DNA from: an uncultured Victivallis sp.
GTDB taxonomy: Bacteria; Verrucomicrobiota; Lentisphaeria; Victivallales; Victivallaceae
Assembly (NCBI GenBank): GCA_944389815.1
Contig: CALXNS010000064.1
Span: 810 to 64,809 of the forward strand
Length of the DNA: 64,000 bases
Reading direction: 5' to 3'
Shown here: positions 9,286 to 18,811 of the stretch, one piece after another
Position numbering within the stretch: position 1 is the stretch's first letter
Layout: every line of letters starts with the position of its first letter
The notes under the pieces: generated by a model
Told to the model about the DNA's origin: nothing
Seen by the model: the letters and a program-made list of their open reading frames with translations, nothing else
Database searches by the model: none
Position numbers and translations under genes: made by a program

Positions 9286-10905
9286 ATGAAGATGAACATC
9301 GACAGCAGCAAACTTGATCCGGTCACCCGGAAATTTCTCGAAAGCCATGAAAATGAATGCGCGGCGGTCGTCACCACGCCGGCGCAGCGCTGTTATTATC
9401 TGCTGCTGTGCATCGGGTTGCTGTTTTTATTGAAATACCGCTGGGATTATTTTGTTTTTCTCACTGCGGCATATTTCATGTTCTGGTACGGTGCGGCGGC
9501 GCTCTTCCGGGGGGGGGCGGCGGTGCTGTCGTTCTTCGGCTGCGGCGAGACGCGCATCTCCTCGCAGGAAACCGCCGGCAATGACGCTGAACTTCCGATC
9601 TACACCATTCTTCTGCCGCTCTATCACGAAGCGAATATCGCACCGAAGATCGTCCGCAACATCGGCAGACTCGATTATCCGCCGGAGAAACTCGATGTCA
9701 AGCTCCTGCTCGAAAGCGACGACGCGGAGACGCGCCAGGCTCTGGAACACGCCGGCCTGCCGTCCTTTTGCGACGTGATCGTCATTCCGGATGCGCCGCC
9801 CAAAACCAAGCCGCGCGCCTGCAATTTCGGACTCGAACGCGCCCGCGGCGAATTCTGCGTGATCTACGACGCCGAAGACGCTCCCGAACCGGATCAGCTC
9901 CGCAAAGCGGTCGCAGTCTTCCGCCGCGACCCGGAACGAAAAATTCTCTGCGCCCAGGCAAAACTCAATTATTACAACGCGCGCCAGAACCTCCTGACAC
10001 GCCTCTTCACCGTGGAATATTCCACCTACTTCGATTTGACGCTGAGCGGTTATCAGCTTTTCCGGCTGCCGCTGCCGCTCGGGGGCACCAGCAACCATTT
10101 CCGCACCGAACTTCTCCGTCAGATCGGTCCCTGGGATCCCTTCAACGTCACCGAAGACTGCGACCTCGGATTGCGGATTTATGAAAAGGGGTATCGCACG
10201 ACGCTCTTTAATTCCACCACCTTCGAGGAGGCGAACTGCGAACTGTGGAACTGGATGCGGCAACGTTCGCGCTGGGTCAAAGGTTTCATTCAGACCCACC
10301 TGGTTCATTACCGCAATCCCTTCCGGACGGTTGAAAAACTCGGCTGGTACGGCACGCTCGGCGGTTTTCTCGCCGTCGGCGGCAGCGCGCTGATGATGTT
10401 GACCAACATTGTGTTCTGGGGGTTGATCCTGCTTTACTTCGGATTGCTCATTCACGGCTTCTCCCACGGAGTCGGCTTCTGGGAACAGATTCACGGACCG
10501 CACCTCGACGGAGGAATCTATCAGGGGATTGCCGTCGGACCGTTTCATCTGCGTGCATGGCCGTTGATTTTCACCGGCCCGGGGGAAGATCCGTTTCTCT
10601 CCGTCTTTTCGGAGCTGTTTTTCGCGGGATCGATGATTCTCTTTCTGGCGAACTTTCTTTTTATCGGCATCGGCATTGCGGCGTGCATCAAGCGACGCAT
10701 GTTCGATCTGATTCCGGCGGCGCTGCTGATGCCGTTTTACTGGCTGCTGATTTCACTGGCGGCCTGGAAAGGCTTCTGCCAGATCTTCACCAGACCATTC
10801 TACTGGGAAAAAACCAAACACGGTTTGACCAACAATACCGACACCGACGTCGAGCATGCAACAGGGGGGACCATAACATGCGACAAACAAACCATTTCAC
10901 TTTAA
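9286..10905 (+). CDS. Processive family-2 glycosyltransferase (membrane-embedded polysaccharide synthase type)
   Basis: D,D,D,QxxRW signature: 'ESDD', 'YDAEDAP', 'VTEDCDLG' (TED) and 'RQRSRW'. N- and C-terminal TM helices flank the catalytic domain. Confidence 0.85.
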   Translation: MKMNIDSSKLDPVTRKFLESHENECAAVVTTPAQRCYYLLLCIGLLFLLKYRWDYFVFLTAAYFMFWYGAAALFRGGAAVLSFFGCGETRISSQETAGNDAELPIYTILLPLYHEANIAPKIVRNIGRLDYPPEKLDVKLLLESDDAETRQALEHAGLPSFCDVIVIPDAPPKTKPRACNFGLERARGEFCVIYDAEDAPEPDQLRKAVAVFRRDPERKILCAQAKLNYYNARQNLLTRLFTVEYSTYFDLTLSGYQLFRLPLPLGGTSNHFRTELLRQIGPWDPFNVTEDCDLGLRIYEKGYRTTLFNSTTFEEANCELWNWMRQRSRWVKGFIQTHLVHYRNPFRTVEKLGWYGTLGGFLAVGGSALMMLTNIVFWGLILLYFGLLIHGFSHGVGFWEQIHGPHLDGGIYQGIAVGPFHLRAWPLIFTGPGEDPFLSVFSELFFAGSMILFLANFLFIGIGIAACIKRRMFDLIPAALLMPFYWLLISLAAWKGFCQIFTRPFYWEKTKHGLTNNTDTDVEHATGGTITCDKQTISL

Positions 10906-11582
10906 TCGAGCTTCTGGTGGTAATCGCGATCATCGCGATTCTTGCGGGCATGCTGCTTCCCGCGCTCAACCGCGCGAGGGAAAAGGCACAGGACACAACC
11001 TGCCTCAACCAGCTCAAACAACACGGTCTGGCGCTCGACATGTACCGCAACGATTATCGCGACCGGATGCCGCCGTGGCTTTCGACCCTCTATCCGAACT
11101 ACACAACCTCCGCACAACTCTACCATTGTCCGAAGGATCAGAATCCGCCGGACACCGCTCCGGAGGACTGGAAATCGCGCGGCTTGAACGACGACTCCTA
11201 CGCGGCCAGTTACGACCGGCAGGGCAACGTCGGAATCCGCGGAAACAATCCGAATACGGATGTGACGGCCAATCCCACTACGGCGGTCAACAAGATCAGT
11301 TATTTCTATGAATTCGCGGAGGCGCAATGCCAGTTCGGCACCGCGGAGGAACAGGCGACCATGAGCTGGAACGAGAAAAAAGCCAAAGATATGCGCGGCG
11401 GCACCTGTGACGTGGAAGGGCCGTTCAAGGATGTGCCGTACCGCAGTATCATGACGCTTTTTCCGACCGTACGCTGTTCGTGGCACATCAGCGCCGGAAC
11501 AGACAAACCCGTGCAGAACGTCTCTTATGCGGGCAACATTTTCTACAGCATGAGCATGTGGGAACGCGGTGCCTGGAAATAA
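10878..11582 (+). CDS. Prepilin-type N-terminal cleavage/methylation domain protein (pseudopilin-like paralog 1)
   Basis: '[37 protein letters not shown]'. ATG at 10878 lies inside the longer 10557 ORF, whose upstream part overlaps the GT2 gene in another frame. Confidence 0.85.
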   Translation: MRQTNHFTLIELLVVIAIIAILAGMLLPALNRAREKAQDTTCLNQLKQHGLALDMYRNDYRDRMPPWLSTLYPNYTTSAQLYHCPKDQNPPDTAPEDWKSRGLNDDSYAASYDRQGNVGIRGNNPNTDVTANPTTAVNKISYFYEFAEAQCQFGTAEEQATMSWNEKKAKDMRGGTCDVEGPFKDVPYRSIMTLFPTVRCSWHISAGTDKPVQNVSYAGNIFYSMSMWERGAWK

Positions 11583-12522
11583 GTTCACAGAAAAAAATCC
11601 GCACCTGACCTACCATCTCCGGCAACTGGTCGGGACGGCTTCGCGCATCGGGGTCATCCATCAAAGCTGGGAACGCGACATGGATGCCATTCCCCATCAG
11701 CACGATTTCGTGGAAATCGTGCTGATCTGCAGCGGCTGCGGCGTCAACCGGATCAACCGGATCGGTTATCCGGCCATGACCGGTGACGTTTACGTAATCC
11801 GGCCGGGTGAAGAGCATACGTTTCACACCGCCACGCATTTGAACCTTTTCAACATCATCTTCCGTCCGGCAGGGCTCTTCAGCCGCATGGAACGGACGGA
11901 ATGGGAGAAATCCCCCGAATACCGCACGCTGTTCGTCAACCCCGTTCAATACGGTCCGCTGCGGTTTACGCCGGAGCATTTCGAACCGCTTGAACGTCTG
12001 ACCGAAAGACTGGAAGCGGAACTGGCGTCGCCCGGTCCGGTTTCCACCCAGACGGCGAAAGCACTGTTGATTCTGATCCTCCGGGAAATCTGTTCGATGC
12101 AGCGGCATGCCTCCACCCGCCGCGCCGCCGACAACGACGCCCATGCGGGAAACACGGCCGATCGTCATCTCGCACGAATTCTTGATTTCGTGAACCGCAA
12201 CTTCACCCGGCCGCTTCCAGCAGAGGAAATCGCACATGAAGCCGGCATTTCCCCGGATTATCTCAGCGATTTCTTCCGCGCCAGAACCGGCACTCCGCTG
12301 GTGAAATACATCAACTCCCTGCGCATCGCCCATGCGGGTCATCTGCTGCGGAATCGTTCCGAGTGCAACGTTACGGAAATTGCCGCGCTCTGCGGGTTCG
12401 CCGACTCCGGATATTTCACCCGGCTCTTCCGGAAAAATACCGGACTTACACCGACCGATTTTCGGCGTTCCATTCAAATTGAAACCGAAAAAATCTGGAA
12501 AAAATCCCAAAAAAAACCGTAA
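11569..12522 (+). CDS. AraC-family transcriptional regulator (cupin sensor plus HTH)
   Basis: The C-terminus has a double HTH: '[42 protein letters not shown]...[33 protein letters not shown]'. GTG start, so the 5' end is uncertain. Confidence 0.85.
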   Translation: MPGNKFTEKNPHLTYHLRQLVGTASRIGVIHQSWERDMDAIPHQHDFVEIVLICSGCGVNRINRIGYPAMTGDVYVIRPGEEHTFHTATHLNLFNIIFRPAGLFSRMERTEWEKSPEYRTLFVNPVQYGPLRFTPEHFEPLERLTERLEAELASPGPVSTQTAKALLILILREICSMQRHASTRRAADNDAHAGNTADRHLARILDFVNRNFTRPLPAEEIAHEAGISPDYLSDFFRARTGTPLVKYINSLRIAHAGHLLRNRSECNVTEIAALCGFADSGYFTRLFRKNTGLTPTDFRRSIQIETEKIWKKSQKKP

Positions 12523-12596
12523 TCATTACAGTTTTCCGCCCTGTCTCCTCCTATATTGAAAGAAGTAAAGCAACCTCCAATCAGAGGAAATTCAAA

Positions 12597-14045
12597 ATGG
12601 CGGAAACGACAACCCATCTCGCGCATTACCATGACCGGGTGCTCGGCTGCTGGACGGGCAAAACCATCGGCGGCACCCTCGGAGCGCCCTTCGAAGGGCA
12701 CGTCGGAGAACTTGCACTTGATTTTTACGCGAAGATTCCTGACGGCGAACCCGCACCGAACGACGACCTCGATCTACAGCTCATCTGGCTGGAAGCGGCC
12801 GAAACGCACGGCATCGATCGAATCACGCCGCGACTGCTCGCGGAATACTGGCTCGATTACGTGCTCGCCGGGTGGAATGAATACGGCGTATGCACCGCAA
12901 ATCTCCGCAACGGAATTTATCCGCCGCTCTCCGGATTCTGCGGCAACCGGAGATGGGGGTTCAGCAACGGCGCCTGGATTCGTTCTGAAATCTGGAGCTG
13001 CCTGTTTCCCGGGGATGTGCAGAATGCGACGCGCTGCGCATGGATGGACAGTTGTCTCGACCATTACGGGGAAGGAATTTACGCGGAGATCTTCACTGCC
13101 GCTCTTGAATCGGCGGCGTTCGTCGTCAACGATCCCCGCAAACTTGTGGAAATCGCACTGGCGATGATCCCCCGTGAAAGTCTGCTTGCGCAAAGCGTCC
13201 GCCGCGCCTGCGACGTTTTCGCCGCGGGCGGAACCCCGTCGGAAGCCCGTTCAGCCGTCCTCGAACGGAACACTGAACTTGGGGATTTCCAGTCGCCTGC
13301 CAATGTCGCCTTCGTCGTCATCGGTCTGCTCTGGGGCGCCGGAGAGTTCGGGAAAACCATCTGCACTGCGGCCAACTGCGGCGACGACACCGACTGCACT
13401 GCCGCGACGGCCGGCGCGATCATGGGCATTCTGCTGGGACGTTCCGGCATTCCGGAAAAATGGACGCGCCCGATCGGAGACAAAATCCGGACGGCAACCA
13501 TCAACCCCATGCACAACAACATCGCCATTCCCGCAACCCTCGACGAACTTGCATGCCGGGTGGAAAAACTTGCCCGCCGCCCCGACGGAACTCTGCTCAA
13601 GGTGCCGGACGCTCCGGTCAACATTCCGCCGTCGGATTTCATGCGTTTCGAATTGCCGTGGGGCGAACTTCTGGTTCGTTATCGGAGCGGCGCCGAGGCG
13701 CTCCCCGGCGAATCGCTGACGTTTGAACTTACCACCGCTTCGCTGGCGATCAGCACAATGGATTTGTGTTCGTTCCGGTGGCTGCTGCCGGCGGGCTGGC
13801 GCATTTCGCCCGGAGCATTCGGCATGATGCGCCGCTGTGGAAGCCGGGTCGAATTCACCGTGGAAGCGGGGGAATTCTCCGCCGAAACGGAGTTGCTGCA
13901 ACTGGAAGTGACGCTTGCCGGGCGGAAGGTGCCGGAAGTCATTCATCTGCCGATTCTGCTGCGCGGCAGTTTTGATTACAATACGCAGGTTCCGAACCTC
14001 CTCGAAGAACGACGCCAACTTGTCAAGCAATGGAGAACGGCATGA
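12597..14045 (+). CDS. ADP-ribosylglycohydrolase-family protein with a C-terminal extension of about 150 aa
   Basis: 'DRVLGCWTGKTIGGTLGAPFEG', 'DDLDLQ' and 'CGDDTDCTAATAGAIMG' are the hallmark metal-binding segments of the ARH/DraG fold. RBS 'agagga' upstream. Confidence 0.85.
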   Translation: MAETTTHLAHYHDRVLGCWTGKTIGGTLGAPFEGHVGELALDFYAKIPDGEPAPNDDLDLQLIWLEAAETHGIDRITPRLLAEYWLDYVLAGWNEYGVCTANLRNGIYPPLSGFCGNRRWGFSNGAWIRSEIWSCLFPGDVQNATRCAWMDSCLDHYGEGIYAEIFTAALESAAFVVNDPRKLVEIALAMIPRESLLAQSVRRACDVFAAGGTPSEARSAVLERNTELGDFQSPANVAFVVIGLLWGAGEFGKTICTAANCGDDTDCTAATAGAIMGILLGRSGIPEKWTRPIGDKIRTATINPMHNNIAIPATLDELACRVEKLARRPDGTLLKVPDAPVNIPPSDFMRFELPWGELLVRYRSGAEALPGESLTFELTTASLAISTMDLCSFRWLLPAGWRISPGAFGMMRRCGSRVEFTVEAGEFSAETELLQLEVTLAGRKVPEVIHLPILLRGSFDYNTQVPNLLEERRQLVKQWRTA

Positions 14046-16000
14046 AAAAAATATCCGCCACACCATTGCTATTGCTCCTTTTTCTGAGCACATCCGCCTT
14101 TGCCGCGACGGAAAAATACACCGCCGCCGAAGCGGCGCGCGGAGAAATCACGGCGGAGATCCTCGTTCCGCTGCTGCCGGAGACCCCCCGCGGCCTCGGC
14201 GCTCCGGCAGGCGATCGCCATTACTGGTTCGACACGCTGGGCAAATATTTCCGGAATCCCGAACCGATCTATGAACGCGCCAGACAGACGGCGGCCGACT
14301 TCACACCGGATTTTTCCGACGAATGCTGGCTGGATCGCAGGAATTTCGCCCGTTACGGCGGCGAAATCAGCCGAAGCGCCGAACTGCTCCAGCGCCTGAC
14401 CGCGGCGGAATGCCTCGAAAACAAAGGCAATTTCCTGCCGGAGATCGCCCGGCGGATCGATCAGTTGTGCTCCCTGAAAACCTGGGTGACGTTTCATCAT
14501 GACCGCGATGGTTACGCCTTTTCCGGCAAGGGGCGTTTCTGCGACCTGCTCGCCTCCGATCTGGGGCGCACGCTGGCTGAAATCGATTTTCTGTTCGGCG
14601 ACGGCCTGCCGGAATCCACCAGAAAAAACATCCGCAGTGCCGTCAACGCCTGGCTCTTCGAACCGTATCTCGGCTCCATGCGCGCAGGCAAACCTCTCAG
14701 CGGCATGTGGTGGATCGAAAGCGGCAACAACTGGAACGCGGTCTGCAACTACAACGTCGCCGCCGCCGCCGCGATCCTGATCGAATCCAGAGAACAGCGC
14801 GCGGAGCTTCTCGCATTTGCGCTCGAAAGTGTTCAGCGTTACCTGAACGCCTTCAGCGACGACGGTTATTGTTCGGAGGGGGTCTCCTACTGGAACTACG
14901 GCTTTTCGCATTATCTGTCGCTGGCGGAGCTTTTTTATTGCCAGACCGGCGGCACGGTCAATCTTTTCAGCGGGACAGCGAAACTCGACGCGATTTCCCG
15001 GTTCGGACTGCGCTGCGATATGAGTGAGAAACTTTATCCGGCCTTTGCGGATTCTCCAACCACGATCTATTTGAAATATCCGCTGACCGTGCTTCTGGAA
15101 CGCCGCGCCGGGCTGACCGCTTACGCCCGGTATTCCCGTCATCCGGCCGGCACGATCCCGACCTGGAACGCAGGAGAACTTCTGCTGGTCAAAACGGCTC
15201 TGGACATGCCGAAAACCGCCTCAAGCGACGGAGAAGCCTCGTCCAAAGAAAGCGCAGGGCAGCACCTTTTCCCCGATGCCGGAGTGGTCATCTCCCGCCC
15301 CGCCGCACCAAACGGCCTGTTTCTCGCATTCAAAGCCGGAACCAACGCCGAATTCCACAACCACAACGACATCGGAAGTTTCGTCGCCGGCATCGACAAT
15401 ACTCCGATTCTGACCGATCCGGGTTATCCGGAATACACCGCGGACTCCTTCACGCTCCGGCGCTACGAATCCGATGCGAACAACTCCTTCGGTCATCCGG
15501 TTCCGGTAGTGAATGGATATTTGCAGGGCTCCTGCGGCGAATTCGGGCCACCGGATGCGCCGCTCTATTACGGGACGATTCTCGAACACGAATTCACCGG
15601 AGATTCCACCCGGGCGCTGATCGATCTCAAACCGGCTTATCCGACCGAATGCGGCATAAAGACTCTCACGCGGGAATTCCTCCACGTCAGGCAAAATCAG
15701 GAACGTGTCGTCACGACCGACTGTTTCGAATTGGAAACGCCGGGGCGTTTCGGCGGCGCGCTGACCACCTACGCCGGGATCCGTGAACTCGGAGAAGGGG
15801 AATACGAATTCGCCACCGGCGGAAACACGGTTCTTCATGCTTCCATCCGGGCCGAAGGCGGCAAACTGCGTTTCAATCGACAATCACTGAAATCGCGTTT
15901 CATCCAGCACGACCAGCCGCCGGTCCGGCTGGGATTCGAATTTGCAGAACCAATCCAATCCGGCAGAATCATTGTGGAAATTCAACCGAAAGGAAACTGA
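14042..16000 (+). CDS. Secreted heparinase II/III-family (polysaccharide lyase-like) protein
   Basis: Signal peptide '[21 protein letters not shown]', 'NWNAVCN' and '[10 protein letters not shown]' motifs. ATG 14042 overlaps the upstream stop (ATGA). Confidence 0.75.
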   Translation: MKKISATPLLLLLFLSTSAFAATEKYTAAEAARGEITAEILVPLLPETPRGLGAPAGDRHYWFDTLGKYFRNPEPIYERARQTAADFTPDFSDECWLDRRNFARYGGEISRSAELLQRLTAAECLENKGNFLPEIARRIDQLCSLKTWVTFHHDRDGYAFSGKGRFCDLLASDLGRTLAEIDFLFGDGLPESTRKNIRSAVNAWLFEPYLGSMRAGKPLSGMWWIESGNNWNAVCNYNVAAAAAILIESREQRAELLAFALESVQRYLNAFSDDGYCSEGVSYWNYGFSHYLSLAELFYCQTGGTVNLFSGTAKLDAISRFGLRCDMSEKLYPAFADSPTTIYLKYPLTVLLERRAGLTAYARYSRHPAGTIPTWNAGELLLVKTALDMPKTASSDGEASSKESAGQHLFPDAGVVISRPAAPNGLFLAFKAGTNAEFHNHNDIGSFVAGIDNTPILTDPGYPEYTADSFTLRRYESDANNSFGHPVPVVNGYLQGSCGEFGPPDAPLYYGTILEHEFTGDSTRALIDLKPAYPTECGIKTLTREFLHVRQNQERVVTTDCFELETPGRFGGALTTYAGIRELGEGEYEFATGGNTVLHASIRAEGGKLRFNRQSLKSRFIQHDQPPVRLGFEFAEPIQSGRIIVEIQPKGN

Positions 16001-16002
16001 AT

Positions 16003-16815
16003 ATGACGCACGCAGAAACAATCACCCGGCCCGTTTTCCGTTCCATTTCCGCTTCCGCAATCAAACCATTGCACTTCACGCTGATCGAACTCCTGATCGT
16101 AATTACGATCATCGCCATTCTTGCTTCAATGCTGCTTCCGGCGCTCAATCAGGCCAGGGAACGGGCACACGCCGCCGGCTGCATGAACAATCTGCGCCAG
16201 CTCGGAATGGCGGTCAACGCCTATCGTTCCGACAACGATGATTTCTTCTCCAACGCATGGGGCGGTTTCGAAAAACGCAATTATGAGAATGCGCCCCGTC
16301 ATCTCTCCGGTTATCTCGGCGGTCCGACCAGGGCGCAGATTGACGGCAGTGCCGAATTTCAGAACGACGATCTGATTCCGCAGCCCTTCTTCTGTCCCTC
16401 CGTCAAACCGGATCCGGCCTATTACCGATCGAACTACACCTACGCATTCGCATACAGTTATTACTCTGTGAGCAATGCGATGCGCCTCTCGCAGACGAAG
16501 TTCAACGACACGCACAATCAGCCGCAGCCGCGCAGCCGGGCGATCATCGCGGCGGACTCCCATTGGGCGATTGCCGACGGGGCATATCACGGCAACGGAC
16601 TGCGTCCGGCCGCGCAAACCTGGGCGGGCGCGATCTCCGTGCGTCACGGCAACCGCGGTAATCTGCTGCTGGTCGACGGATCGGTCCCGGGGGTGAATGC
16701 CGCCGAGTTGCGGGAATATTATATTCTCAACCGCCACAACGACGCTTCGCCGTTCCCGATTGCCCATCAGGTCAGCGAGTGCTATGACGCAAACGGCGCG
16801 TTGATGGCGCTTTAA
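16003..16815 (+). CDS. Prepilin-type N-terminal cleavage/methylation protein with an H-X9-DG C-terminal motif (pseudopilin-like paralog 2)
   Basis: '[32 protein letters not shown]' and '[14 protein letters not shown]' (H-X9-DG). Starts 3 nt after the heparinase-like stop. Confidence 0.9.
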   Translation: MTHAETITRPVFRSISASAIKPLHFTLIELLIVITIIAILASMLLPALNQARERAHAAGCMNNLRQLGMAVNAYRSDNDDFFSNAWGGFEKRNYENAPRHLSGYLGGPTRAQIDGSAEFQNDDLIPQPFFCPSVKPDPAYYRSNYTYAFAYSYYSVSNAMRLSQTKFNDTHNQPQPRSRAIIAADSHWAIADGAYHGNGLRPAAQTWAGAISVRHGNRGNLLLVDGSVPGVNAAELREYYILNRHNDASPFPIAHQVSECYDANGALMAL

Positions 16816-16894
16816 ACGTCCTCACCCGGGTCTGAGTTCTTCAGGCAGATTCGATTTGTTCGGCACAATTGGAATCTCTTGGCAGATCGCCGTC

Positions 16895-16923
16895 GCACCG
16901 GATTTTTCCGGTGCGTTTTTTTT
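16895..16923 (+). terminator. Rho-independent terminator
   Basis: 8-bp stem 'gcaccgga'/'tccggtgc', a 4-nt loop, then g and T8. Confidence 0.7.
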
Positions 16924-16967
16924 CGTGATGCCGATCAGAAAAAAATTCCTTTTTTCCTCCGCCGCTC

Positions 16968-16996
16968 TTGACTTTCCATAGCAAATGCGTCATAAT
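16968..16996 (+). promoter_or_regulatory. Sigma70-like promoter candidate for the LacI-family gene
   Basis: TTGACT-N17-CATAAT, about 50 nt upstream of ATG 17047. Confidence 0.45.
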
Positions 16997-17046
16997 ATAA
17001 AGCGACGATATACAATTAACGTAATATTTATACATCTGCAAAAAAA

Positions 17047-18129
17047 ATGTCGAACATCAATATCAACACCATCGCCAAGCACGCCCGAGTGTCGACGACG
17101 ACGGTGTCCAACTACATCAACGGGACGGAGAAAATACCGATCAGTCCGGAAACGCGCCGCCGGATCAGCAGCGTGATGCGGGAACTTGATTACCGTCCGC
17201 ATCCGGGCGGCAGTCTGATTCGCCGGAGCCGTCAGGAGCGGAAGCGCATCGGATTCATTTTCGGGGAGAACTGCATGTTGCCGGTGCCGGAAATCTTTCA
17301 TGTTCAACTGATTCAGGATCTGATCCGGGAATTGAGTTACGCATTTCTGCGGCACGGGTTCGATCTTGAAGTGCTCAATGTCGCCGACGAAAATTCGCGC
17401 AGCGACTGGAACAACGCGTTTCTCGATATCGATTTCGTGCTCAATTACGGACAGTTCAACAATCTGATGTACGACACGCTCTCGCGGCGCAACATCCCGG
17501 TGGTGGAAATTTTTTCGCTTGACCGCTTCCGGATTGTCGGTGACGCGGATCCGGCCCCGGCGGCGGAACTTCATACTATTTTCTGGCGGAATGATCGCCA
17601 GATCGCCGGAATCTTCGATCGTTTCTATCAGGAGGGCGCCCGGAATTTCCTCTATATTTCGTCCTGGAACGTGAAATCGAACCGCCCGGATTTCTACGGT
17701 TATGACGCAGAATGCAAAATGGCCGGTTTTCTAGCGGCGCTTCAGGCGCACTCCGACGCCCGCGGCTCCGTATTGACCCCGCCCCGCCCGGAAAATTCCG
17801 ATATGGGGTACGAATTCAAACTCGCCCGCGACCTTCTCTCCGAACGCATCGAAGAGCTCATGAATGTCGATGCCATCATCGCTCACAACGACATCGTCGC
17901 CTATGGCGCGGCCTCCGTGCTGCAGGAGCATCCGGAACTCAAAAAACGCGCCATCAAGCTTTCCGGCGAAGGTGATTTTTCGTTTCTCCGCCACTGGTAC
18001 CCGGCAATCACAACCTCGAGCGTTGATTTACAGCAACTTTCCGCAAAACTGATTGAATTGGTCGAAAATATCATCAATAAAAAATGTTTCAAAGCACAGA
18101 AAATTGAAATTCCAATCGTCATTCGTTAA
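17047..18129 (+). CDS. LacI-family transcriptional regulator
   Basis: N-terminal HTH '[46 protein letters not shown]' followed by a periplasmic-binding-protein-like body. Confidence 0.9.
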   Translation: MSNININTIAKHARVSTTTVSNYINGTEKIPISPETRRRISSVMRELDYRPHPGGSLIRRSRQERKRIGFIFGENCMLPVPEIFHVQLIQDLIRELSYAFLRHGFDLEVLNVADENSRSDWNNAFLDIDFVLNYGQFNNLMYDTLSRRNIPVVEIFSLDRFRIVGDADPAPAAELHTIFWRNDRQIAGIFDRFYQEGARNFLYISSWNVKSNRPDFYGYDAECKMAGFLAALQAHSDARGSVLTPPRPENSDMGYEFKLARDLLSERIEELMNVDAIIAHNDIVAYGAASVLQEHPELKKRAIKLSGEGDFSFLRHWYPAITTSSVDLQQLSAKLIELVENIINKKCFKAQKIEIPIVIR

Positions 18130-18145
18130 CAGGAAGGAGAGGGAA

Positions 18146-18796
18146 ATGAAGCGTTTATTCACACTGATCGAATTGCTCGTCGTTATTGCGATCATCGCGA
18201 TTCTCGCGTCAATGCTGCTTCCGGCGCTCAATCAGGCCCGGGAACGGGCCAAAGGGGTCGCCTGCAAATCGAACCTCAAGCAGATCGGCACCCAAATTCA
18301 GATGTATGCCGACGACTTCAAGGATAACCTTCCGGAAACCGGATCGTCGACCTACTCCTGGGAGCAGCGGCTGCTCGATTTGAATTACATTCCCTACAGC
18401 GGTCAGGGAGTCAAGCTGGTTCTCTGTCCCGGCGACGTCATTAAACGCACCTCGACCGAACACGCCCCGAAGAGTTACCGCTGCAACGGCTATCTCTGGA
18501 CCAATGCGGACGCAAGCTGCGTCAACGGCGCCGTCACCCGGGTGCGCAATCAGCCCAGCCAGCTTGTCTCGCTGGTCTGCCAGCCGCATGAGGTGATGAC
18601 CTGTTACAGCGGCAGCGCGGCATTTCAATACGGCTTTGCAATTCCGACGTCAAGCAGTGTCGAACAATGGACGCACGGGGATTTCGGCACGTTCCTTTTC
18701 CTTGGCGGCAACGTAGGCAATATCATGTTTCGGACGACGAGCGACACCACGCTCTTCAATCGCCACTGGCGCGCCAACAAGGCGGAAAACGAATAA
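18146..18796 (+). CDS. Prepilin-type N-terminal cleavage/methylation protein (pseudopilin-like paralog 3; degenerate H-X9-GG)
   Basis: '[35 protein letters not shown]' after RBS 'aggaaggaga'. The C-terminus '[12 protein letters not shown]' resembles H-X9-DG with D changed to G. Confidence 0.9.
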   Translation: MKRLFTLIELLVVIAIIAILASMLLPALNQARERAKGVACKSNLKQIGTQIQMYADDFKDNLPETGSSTYSWEQRLLDLNYIPYSGQGVKLVLCPGDVIKRTSTEHAPKSYRCNGYLWTNADASCVNGAVTRVRNQPSQLVSLVCQPHEVMTCYSGSAAFQYGFAIPTSSSVEQWTHGDFGTFLFLGGNVGNIMFRTTSDTTLFNRHWRANKAENE

Positions 18797-18811
18797 GATC
18801 CCCTTCAGAAA

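Noticed and set aside
9427-10548. 373-aa minus-strand ORF
   Set aside because: Antisense to the GT2 synthase, which carries an unmistakable D,D,D,QxxRW signature.
10557-10877. N-terminal 107 codons of the 341-aa ORF preceding the pseudopilin start
   Set aside because: This part overlaps the GT2 C-terminus in another frame. The prepilin leader '[13 protein letters not shown]' must be N-terminal, so ATG 10878 is the real start.
11488-12510. 340-aa minus-strand ORF
   Set aside because: Antisense to the AraC-family regulator, which has a clear double HTH.
14069-15142. 357-aa minus-strand ORF
   Set aside because: Antisense to the heparinase II/III-like gene, with no motif and an Arg/Gly/Ala-rich composition.
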